From: an uncultured Dehalococcoidales bacterium
GTDB taxonomy: Bacteria > Chloroflexota > Dehalococcoidia > GIF9 > AB-539-J10
DNA: 64,000 bases
Assembly (NCBI GenBank): GCA_964586515.1
Contig: CAZPGJ010000001.1
Span: forward strand, 394,560-458,559
Direction of reading: 5' to 3'
Of this stretch, positions 38,863 through 46,231 are shown piece by piece. Within the stretch, counting starts at the first letter, position 1, and each line of letters starts with the position of its first letter. A model generated the notes under the pieces. That model did no database searches. It had not been told where the DNA came from and saw nothing but the letters and a program-made list of their open reading frames with translations. A program made the translations under genes and the position numbers.

Positions 38863-39756
38863 ATGACAAAAGTGGCACTGGTAAGCACCAAGGACCGAGG
38901 TAAAGGTGTCAGGCAAGCAATAGACCTCCTTGAGTTAAAATCCTTTCAGGGCCAAAGTGTGGTTCTGAAACCCAATTTCAACACGGCTGACCCGGCACCG
39001 GGTTCGACGCATAACGAAACACTGAGGTCTTTGATTCTGGCTCTTCAGCAGATGGGAGCAAAGCAGGTCACCCTGGCTGAGCGAAGCGGACCCGGAGATA
39101 GCACCCGGACGGTTATGGAGAAGAAAGGAATTTTTAAGCTAGCTCAAGAGCTGGGCTTCAGTATCCTCAATCTGGAAGAGTTAGGTTCCGAAGGCTGGAG
39201 CAAGATAGAGCCTAAAGACAGTCATTGGAGCCAGGGTTTTCATTTTCCCCGGATTTATCTCGAAGCGGAATCAATTGTCCAGACCTGCTGCCTTAAGACG
39301 CATGCTTACGGCGGCCATTTCACACTCTCTTTGAAGAACTCGGTAGGACTTGTCCCCTCGGCAGGCTATCCCTATATGGAGGAACTTCACTCATCACGGC
39401 ACCAGCGGCAAATGATTGCCGAGATTAATACCGCTTATTCACCCGACTTGGTGGTTCTGGACGGAGTGGAGGCTTTTATTGACGGTGGGCCCGACCGTGG
39501 CACCAAAGTGGAGGTCGGGGTGATGCTTGCCGGCACCGATCGAGTGGCCATCGACGCAGTGGGGGTAGCGATTCTCCGTCTGTTGGGGACAACGCCGGAG
39601 GTCAGCCGCGGGTCTATCTTTGAGCAAGAGCAGATTGCGCGGGCCGCTGAGCTGGGACTGGGCATATCCTCGGCCAAGCAGATTCAGCTTATCACCGGAG
39701 ATGCCAGGAGCGAGGCTTTCGCCGTGAGGACCAGGGATATCTTGGCTCATGACTAA
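38863..39756 (+). CDS. DUF362 domain protein
   Basis: 297 aa; VVLKPNFNTADPAPGSTHNETLRSLILAL... typical DUF362 N-terminus. Confidence 0.5.
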   Translation: MTKVALVSTKDRGKGVRQAIDLLELKSFQGQSVVLKPNFNTADPAPGSTHNETLRSLILALQQMGAKQVTLAERSGPGDSTRTVMEKKGIFKLAQELGFSILNLEELGSEGWSKIEPKDSHWSQGFHFPRIYLEAESIVQTCCLKTHAYGGHFTLSLKNSVGLVPSAGYPYMEELHSSRHQRQMIAEINTAYSPDLVVLDGVEAFIDGGPDRGTKVEVGVMLAGTDRVAIDAVGVAILRLLGTTPEVSRGSIFEQEQIARAAELGLGISSAKQIQLITGDARSEAFAVRTRDILAHD

Positions 39757-39852
39757 TCAGTCCCGTATTAACAGGTATTGCTGTCCTCAGTCGCGATTGG
39801 GCAGTTTGTGTCATCATGTTTGCCAAACTATATGGTATAATCAAGTTCAAAC

Positions 39853-40197
39853 TTGAAAAACACCGTGGACCTCAAGTCACTGATAGCATACTTTATAATT
39901 GGCGGCCTTATAGTCGCGGTTGTGACCTATTTTGGAAGTCGGGGGAGCAGTCTGCTGGCTGTTTTCATTGCTTTCTTCCCCAGTACCAGTCTGATAACCA
40001 TGGTCACCATATATCTTGCCGGCGGAACAGGGCCGACCGTTTCTTATGCTAAGAGCATGCTGATACTACTGCCTGCCTGGCTATTGTACGTCATTGGCAT
40101 CGTTTTTCTTCTGCCTCGTTTGGGACTGGTAGCGTCGATTCTGATAAGCATTGTAGCCTATGCGGCAGCAGCGTTTCTCACCATGAGATTAGCATAG
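39853..40197 (+). CDS. small 4-TM membrane protein (DUF3147-like)
   Basis: 114 aa, four hydrophobic helices. Confidence 0.35.
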   Translation: MKNTVDLKSLIAYFIIGGLIVAVVTYFGSRGSSLLAVFIAFFPSTSLITMVTIYLAGGTGPTVSYAKSMLILLPAWLLYVIGIVFLLPRLGLVASILISIVAYAAAAFLTMRLA

Positions 40198-40208
40198 TCA
40201 GCTGGTCG

Positions 40209-40607
40209 GTGGGTCAAATTCCCGGGACGCTGTGCCAATCGGGTATTATTTCCACGCGAATACCGCTTTCATGGGGGGTCTGTTCGATTTTGGTGTATGC
40301 CCGATTCCGTTCTTTTTGTTTGACGCCCGGTTTCCGCGGTGCTAAATTCCGCTCTGTGTCCAAAAGTTACGGCAGGGTTGGTATTGCAATAGGCTTTCTC
40401 CTTTTCTTCGCCGGCGCCCTGGATGCGCGGGACCATTACGGATTTTGGGCCACATTTTCGATTATGCTTGGCCTATTCTCTATTGTATTTGGCGCAAGCT
40501 TTGGTGTCGGTGACAAACGCCAAAAAGAAGTTGCACGCCGCGTGAGTCTTGGTTTCCTCGGAGCCGCTTTAGTTTTTCTGGCCATCGCATTAGCGACCCA
40601 ATCCTGA
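40209..40607 (+). CDS. small membrane protein (tandem paralogue 1; true start probably internal/non-ATG)
   Basis: C-terminal SLGFLGAALVFLAIALATQS paralogous to next gene; 5' end of track ORF overlaps a repeat copy. Confidence 0.3.
   Translation: MGQIPGTLCQSGIISTRIPLSWGVCSILVYARFRSFCLTPGFRGAKFRSVSKSYGRVGIAIGFLLFFAGALDARDHYGFWATFSIMLGLFSIVFGASFGVGDKRQKEVARRVSLGFLGAALVFLAIALATQS
40216..40264 (+). repeat. cassette-boundary repeat, copy 15 (degenerate)
   Basis: aaattcccgggacgctgtgccaatcgggtattatttccacgcgaatacc. Confidence 0.45.
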
Positions 40608-40610
40608 ATT

Positions 40611-40895
40611 TTGATACAAAAATATAAGAATGGCTTCAATTCTATGACTAAAATTGCCGACAAGGTTGCTATTGCAGCGGGTATTATCTTTTTCTTATCC
40701 GCGGCTGAAGAACTATGGCTACATTCGAGGATTCTGGCCACATCTGATATTCTACTTGGCATAGGCCTTATTCTAGGTGGCGTGAGCCTTAGTCGCAGCG
40801 GCGTACGTAAAAAAGTCACGCGCGGTTTGAGTTTTGGTTTCCTCGGAGCTGGCATAGTTTTTCTTGGCATCTGGTTAGCGGCAAATGTACCTTAA
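40611..40895 (+). CDS. small membrane protein (tandem paralogue 2)
   Basis: GLSFGFLGAGIVFLGIWLAANVP; intergenic tgatacaa...gcttcaatt motif repeated after both genes. Confidence 0.35.
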   Translation: MIQKYKNGFNSMTKIADKVAIAAGIIFFLSAAEELWLHSRILATSDILLGIGLILGGVSLSRSGVRKKVTRGLSFGFLGAGIVFLGIWLAANVP

Positions 40896-40973
40896 ACTTT
40901 GATACAAGAAACATAACAGTAGCTTCAATTTCCTTTCAACAGTAGTGGCGAAGCGTGGTAATCTCTGCTTAAG

Positions 40974-41090
40974 TCTCCCCCTTAAGATAAGGGGGAGAAA
41001 AGGGGGTTATAAATGCTGTATGGTAGGCGTCGTAACTCCCCTGAGCCCCTCTTATCCCTTCGGCAGGCTCTAAGAGGGGGAGAAAAGGGA
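40974..41090. repeat. GC-hairpin palindromic repeat unit (second copy)
   Basis: tcccccttaagataagggggagaaaagggggtta...cccctcttatccc...taagagggggag; ~85% identical at ends to 13329..13468. Confidence 0.5.
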
Positions 41091-41139
41091 AGAATTTGAC
41101 AGTGCCATGTAGGCCGTCTAAAGTGTAAGTCAGTGAGTT

Positions 41140-42183
41140 GTGCCGCGTTCACTCACGAGGCTCTTAACATCTATGGAAGCAGGATACGTTGCGCTATACC
41201 ACTCCGGCGAACTGGAGCGTCGTGCGCGGGCGCTTGAGGCCCGATTAGCCTCCTGCGACATCTGCCCCCGGGAGTGTAGAGTCAATAGATTACAAAACGA
41301 ACGCGGCTATTGCCATTCCGGGCGTCTCCCTATAGTCTCGGCGGTCTGCGCTCATCATGGCGAGGAGCCGGCTCTTTCCGGGGCCAGAGGGTCGGGGACG
41401 GTCTTCTTCGGCAACTGCAATATGAGATGCGTTTACTGCCAGAACTACCAGATAAGCCAGGACTGGAAAAAGCAAAAATCGAAGGAAATGGACTGCCACA
41501 CCCTGGCGGAAAGGATGCTCTACCTTCAGGATGGGTTGGGCTGCCACAATATCAACTTTGTTTCGCCGTCCCATTTTGTTCCCCAGCTCCTGCGGGCGGT
41601 CGTGGAAGCGGTGCCCATGGGGCTGCGGGTGCCTCTGGTCTACAACACCGGCGGCTATGATTCCGTCGCTTCTCTCGAAGAGCTGGACGGTGTCATAAGT
41701 ATCTACCTGCCCGATTTGAGATATGCCTCCGACAGGTGGGCCAGGAAATTCTCGCATGCCCCGCATTATGTAACGCGGGCCCGCCAGGCAATTAAGGAGA
41801 TGTATCGCCAGGTTGGAGACCTGGTGGTAGATGAGTCCGGCCTGGCACAAAAAGGACTGATAGTGCGGCATCTCATTCTGCCCAACGGTCTGGCCGGCAG
41901 CGAGGAATCGCTGGCCTGGCTTATCCGGGAGCTTTCTCCCGTGGTGACGGTCAGCATAATGTCTCAATACAAGCCGGTGCACCGGGCACCGCGAATACCG
42001 CTGCTTTCCCGGAAGATCACCGCTGATGAGCATGAAGCGGTCCTCCGGCTGCTAGCCGACCTGGGAATAGAGAACGGCTGGGTGCAGGAAATGGGGGCGG
42101 CGGAAGAGTATCTCCCTGATTTTGAACGAGAAGGCCACCCTTTCTCCCCGTCGAATTCCCGGGACACCATCCTTCACTTGTGA
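41140..42183 (+). CDS. radical SAM enzyme (PflX-like, COG1313-type)
   Basis: 347 aa; N-terminal CDICPRECRVNR..GYCHSG plus radical-SAM CNMRCVYCQN cluster. Confidence 0.65.
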   Translation: MPRSLTRLLTSMEAGYVALYHSGELERRARALEARLASCDICPRECRVNRLQNERGYCHSGRLPIVSAVCAHHGEEPALSGARGSGTVFFGNCNMRCVYCQNYQISQDWKKQKSKEMDCHTLAERMLYLQDGLGCHNINFVSPSHFVPQLLRAVVEAVPMGLRVPLVYNTGGYDSVASLEELDGVISIYLPDLRYASDRWARKFSHAPHYVTRARQAIKEMYRQVGDLVVDESGLAQKGLIVRHLILPNGLAGSEESLAWLIRELSPVVTVSIMSQYKPVHRAPRIPLLSRKITADEHEAVLRLLADLGIENGWVQEMGAAEEYLPDFEREGHPFSPSNSRDTILHL

Positions 42184-42228
42184 AGGGTCAGGCCTGCCAC
42201 AAATTAGGTATTATGTCTCCAGAATAAA
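42162..42228 (+). repeat. cassette-boundary repeat, copy 16 (long form, overlaps 3' end of radical SAM gene)
   Basis: gaattcccgggacaccatccttcacttgtgaagggtcaggcctgccacaaattaggtattatgtctccagaataaacc. Confidence 0.65.
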
Positions 42229-42231
42229 CCA

Positions 42232-42290
42232 TCCTGCTTGAAGCCTAGGCACACCGCGCCTGCTTAAACTTTTTGACGTAGTGCTTGGCC
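42232..42290 (+). repeat. TTTTTAACAGG-family element, 3' part only
   Basis: ccatcctgcttgaagcctaggcacaccgcgcctgcttaaactttttgacg. Confidence 0.45.
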
Positions 42291-42363
42291 GGAGCACAAC
42301 AATCAGAGTACTTCCGAGGTATTGACATATTGTGCTATAATACTTACATAGGAGGTAATTATT

Positions 42364-43185
42364 ATGGCACAAACTATAAGAACTCTGGGCGATAAGGGCA
42401 GCAACCTCCTGACCGGATTATCACGCCAGGGGAAGAGACTTTTTACTTTCATGGATGCCACAGAAGTCTACGGTAAAAGCGATGGTGGACTTCATAAGCT
42501 TTTGCATACGCTGGTCAAAAGGCGGTGGCTTCAGCGTGTGGAAAAAGGCAAATACCTGATTCTCCCCTTTGAAGCTGGCCGCGAGCGTGAATGGACTGAA
42601 CACGAGTTCATTATTGCTTCCTATCTGATTAACCCCTACTACATAGGATTTCGAAGTGCATTGAACTACTACGGTTACACAGAGCAGGTCAGCCGGGCTG
42701 TCTTTATAGCATCGACACACCGCAAGATGAAGACGGAACTTGATATCTCAGGGGTAACATATCGATTCGTCCATATGACAGAGAGGAAATTCTTTGGAGA
42801 AACTAAGGTGATCTTGGACGGGTATGGCATAAAAATATCGGAACGTGAGAAGACGATTGTTGATTGCCTTGATAGATTGGAATACTGCGGTGGTATATCA
42901 GAAGTAGCCAAAGCCCTTTCATATGGCCGTGATGAATTCGATTTGGTGAAAATGGTTCATTATGCCGTGAAAAGCGGAAATAAAGCTGTAATCAAACGCC
43001 TGGGTTACCTCTTAGAGCTTCTAAATTTCGAGGCCGGTAATGCCATCAACATACTGCGCGGCAACCTTAGCAGCGGTTATTCCCCATTAGATACTTTGGG
43101 ACACCGGGAAGGCCGCCATATCCAGCGCTGGCGATTGCTAGTAAATGTACCGCAGAATGAAATCTCCCAGTGGCAGGAGCTCTGA
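42364..43185 (+). CDS. AbiEi-family antitoxin (type IV TA / abortive infection)
   Basis: 273 aa; N-terminal wHTH, AbiEi C-domain. Confidence 0.65.
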   Translation: MAQTIRTLGDKGSNLLTGLSRQGKRLFTFMDATEVYGKSDGGLHKLLHTLVKRRWLQRVEKGKYLILPFEAGREREWTEHEFIIASYLINPYYIGFRSALNYYGYTEQVSRAVFIASTHRKMKTELDISGVTYRFVHMTERKFFGETKVILDGYGIKISEREKTIVDCLDRLEYCGGISEVAKALSYGRDEFDLVKMVHYAVKSGNKAVIKRLGYLLELLNFEAGNAINILRGNLSSGYSPLDTLGHREGRHIQRWRLLVNVPQNEISQWQEL

Positions 43186-44012
43186 TGTTATCCAGAGCCG
43201 AACTTCAGAGACTAGCCAATCGGGAGAAGGTAGCTCTGGGCGTATTAGAAAAGGACTACGTGCTTACAGAGGTGCTGAAGGCGTTATTCCAGCTACCGGC
43301 ATTGCGCGAAAGCTTCGTATTCAAAGGTGGCACTGCTCTGCGCAAGGTTTATTTTCCGCGCTGGCGTTATTCAGAAGACCTGGATTTCACCGTCAAATTC
43401 GATATTCCCAAAGAAGAACTTGGACAGAACCTCGATGGCTTGTATCATCAAGTAGAACAAGCCACTCAAATTCGGCTCACTACTAGAATGCTTCACAAGA
43501 CAAATGGCTACGCCCGTATCAGGACTCAATTCTTAGGACCTTTGGCTCATCCGGCTATGATCTACATGGATTTGAGTTTCGATGAACCGTTATGCCTCGA
43601 ACCTCAGTCCCGAAAGGTATTGACTGCACCCTTCCCTGATGAGGAACGAACAGTTCAAGTGTATCCCCTGGAGGAATTAATGGCCGAGAAGATGCGCAGT
43701 TTGGTAGAACGGGGTAAATCAAGGGACTACTACGATGTGTGGAGGCTTCTAAAAGAACAACGCTCCCAGATGAACTTAGAGCTACTGGGAATGGTACTTG
43801 GGAAGAAACTCAGGCATAAGGGACTGAGACTCGGGACTACAGCAGATTTTCTCCCTGAGAATCCAGCCGGAATCAAAAGGTATTGGGAGAAAGACCTTAG
43901 TCAGCAGGTTGCTGCGCTACTACCTCTTGAGAATGTACTTAACGAGCTAAAGCACATGCTTGATAGCTATGTAGCTCCACATTTGACCTTGCAGTCTGGT
44001 GAGCCTCGATAA
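43170..44012 (+). CDS. AbiEii/AbiGii nucleotidyltransferase toxin (DUF1814)
   Basis: 280 aa; FKGGTALRKVYFPRWRYSEDLDF motif; overlaps abiEi stop. Confidence 0.7.
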   Translation: MAGALMLSRAELQRLANREKVALGVLEKDYVLTEVLKALFQLPALRESFVFKGGTALRKVYFPRWRYSEDLDFTVKFDIPKEELGQNLDGLYHQVEQATQIRLTTRMLHKTNGYARIRTQFLGPLAHPAMIYMDLSFDEPLCLEPQSRKVLTAPFPDEERTVQVYPLEELMAEKMRSLVERGKSRDYYDVWRLLKEQRSQMNLELLGMVLGKKLRHKGLRLGTTADFLPENPAGIKRYWEKDLSQQVAALLPLENVLNELKHMLDSYVAPHLTLQSGEPR

Positions 44013-44117
44013 TGCCAGTGCGCAAAAATAAAAAGAGAGGCATTACCTCGGGACCAACCCCTTTGGATGGCCTCTCATCGTGATTATGCCACGAAGTTAA
44101 CATAAACTACATTTTTG

Positions 44118-44250
44118 GCCGGTATTTTTAACAGGAGCAGTAACCTCCCGCGTCATTGCGAGCCCCGACTTGTCGGGGCGTGGCAATCCCCAGGATTGCG
44201 GAGCTGTTTTTTGAAGCGTAAGCGAGCCCATCGCGCCTGCCTAAACCTTT
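44118..44250 (+). repeat. TTTTTAACAGG element interrupted by mini-MITE (44152..44191)
   Basis: ggtatttttaacaggagca|gtaacctcccgcgtcattgcgagccccgacttgtcggggcgtggcaatcccc|aggattgcggagctgttttttgaagcgtaagcgagcccatcgcgcctgcctaaacctttt. Confidence 0.55.
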
Positions 44251-44275
44251 TGCCGATTTGTGACTTCAGCGGGCT

Positions 44276-44336
44276 CAGGAACAAATTGTGCCCTTAAAGA
44301 AAGGACGCGGGCAACACAGCAAATACCCTCCATATG
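44276..44336 (+). pseudogene. remnant of a second ORF6N-domain gene (~20 codons)
   Basis: gtgcccttaaagaaaggacgcgggcaacacagcaaataccctccatatgctttcact = ...[17 protein letters not shown], near-identical to 16390..16440. Confidence 0.5.
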
Positions 44337-44595
44337 CTTTCACTTCTTCCCCCTCTTAAGATAAGAGGGGCTAGGCCTGCCCGCTTGCCTTCGCTGAAGC
44401 TTTTGCGCAAGCAGGCCGAACACCTGCCCGCCAGGGCTCGGCAGGCGGGAATTCTTTGGCAGGCGGGGGAGTTATGAAGGAAGCCCGGATGTATCGGGAC
44501 TCCTCAGAATGACATGACTAAACACTGTCGATGGGCTTGACAAATACCTGTCTATGGTGTATCTTCATTGTAGATACTATGAATGGAGGTTTGAT

Positions 44596-44838
44596 ATGAA
44601 GACGCGTGTTCAGAAATGGGGTAACAGTCTCGCTTTGCGCATTCCGAAATCCTTCGCTGATGAAGTGGGACTCCGGAAAGAGACATCCGTCGAAGTATCG
44701 CTGGCAGACGGGAAAATCGTTGTCACGCGGCTAACTAAGCCGGAGCTGACCCTCGAACAGCTCCTATCAAAGGTCACCAAAGATAACTTGCATCACGAGG
44801 TTGATACCGGCTCTGCCGTGGGGAACGAAACGTGGTAG
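44596..44838 (+). CDS. mazE: MazE/PemI-type antitoxin (SpoVT/AbrB fold)
   Basis: From MKTRVQKWGNSLALRIPKSFADEVGLRKETSVEV. Confidence 0.65.
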   Translation: MKTRVQKWGNSLALRIPKSFADEVGLRKETSVEVSLADGKIVVTRLTKPELTLEQLLSKVTKDNLHHEVDTGSAVGNETW

Positions 44839-45179
44839 GCCACCGCACTTTCGTGCCTCGTTGCGGAGATGTGGTGTGGATTAGCTTAAATCCGCAAGCA
44901 GGTCACGAACAAGCCGGACGCCGTCCGGCCGTGGTGCTGTCACCACAAAGCTATAACAGCAAGGTAGGACTGGCCATCCTTTGTCCAATAACCAGCCAGC
45001 CCAAAGGCTACCCTTTCGAGGTTCTTCTTCCCGCCGGGTTACCGGTGGCAGGAGCAATATTATCTGACCAGGTTAAGAGTCTGGATTGGCGCGCTCGACA
45101 TGCCGAATTGATATGCACTTTGCCAACCGAGACAATCTCGGAGGCGCTCCAGAAGCTGGCAACGTTGTTATCGGAGTAA
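44832..45179 (+). CDS. mazF: MazF/PemK-family toxin
   Basis: 115 aa; GDVVWISLNPQAGHEQAGRRPAVVLS; overlaps mazE stop. Confidence 0.7.
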   Translation: MVGHRTFVPRCGDVVWISLNPQAGHEQAGRRPAVVLSPQSYNSKVGLAILCPITSQPKGYPFEVLLPAGLPVAGAILSDQVKSLDWRARHAELICTLPTETISEALQKLATLLSE

Positions 45180-45202
45180 GAAAATGCATCGCCCACTGCT
45201 TT

Positions 45203-45275
45203 GCCAGTATTTTTAACAGGAGCATCTGCTCGAAGCCTGCGGACATCGTGCCCGTCTAAACCTTTTGACGACTTG
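45203..45275 (+). repeat. TTTTTAACAGGAGCA boundary element
   Basis: ccagtatttttaacaggagcatctgctcgaagcctgcggacatcgtgcccgtctaaaccttttgacg. Confidence 0.55.
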
Positions 45276-45355
45276 TGTAATGTTAAGCTGATCTTGACAT
45301 CTCCGTCGTATTGCGTAATATTGGACGTCATGATGAAACACTGGAGCGCCCGTAG

Positions 45356-45646
<291 letters not shown>

Positions 45647-45693
45647 TCTCTGTCTTGTAGCCTTCTTAGCCATCGTTTTGATTGCATCGTTTT

Positions 45694-45770
45694 CCCGGTA
45701 TTTTTAACAGGAGCATCTGCTTGAAGCCTGAGGACGTCGCACCTGTCTAAACTTTTTGGCGGAATGTGCA
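45694..45770 (+). repeat. TTTTTAACAGGAGCA boundary element
   Basis: cccggtatttttaacaggagcatctgcttgaagcctgaggacgtcgcacctgtctaaactttttggcg. Confidence 0.55.
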
Positions 45771-45976
45771 ACCCGAATGTAGGACCATGCAAAACTTTAT
45801 GTTAAGGAGAGAATAAATTAGGTGACTAACCCTTGATATATGTAAATACCTATTAAGTCGTATCTACAAAAAGTTTACCAGATTTAAACTTAGATTAAAA
45901 GATTCCACCAAAAGTACTTGACATTCTGTCTCGTTTAAGTATAATTTAAGTATCAATATATACTGGATTAAGACTT

Positions 45977-46231
45977 ATGAAAGAGCAGAATAAGGACAGA
46001 AAAAGACTAAAATTAGTCCCATTTGGGGATGCATATATACAAAGAAGTAGGCGTCTCGCTATCCCTGAGATCTTGTTGCAAAACGTTGAGTTGCGGGAGG
46101 GAGATGCAGTCAAGTTATTTCTTGATGTTGGGGATATTACTGGTGAGAAGGCGATTGTGGTAATGAAATCAAAAAATCCTGACAAAATTAAGGCCAAAGG
46201 CCGCAGGCAAAAAAGAGGAGAGACTACTTGA
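45977..46231 (+). CDS. AbrB/SpoVT-like small DNA-binding protein, possible controller of downstream R-M gene
   Basis: 84 aa; RRLAIPEILLQNVELREGDAVKLFLDVGDITGEKAIVV resembles AbrB-N swapped hairpin; stop overlaps TTG start of 46228 gene; AT-rich. Confidence 0.4.
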   Translation: MKEQNKDRKRLKLVPFGDAYIQRSRRLAIPEILLQNVELREGDAVKLFLDVGDITGEKAIVVMKSKNPDKIKAKGRRQKRGETT

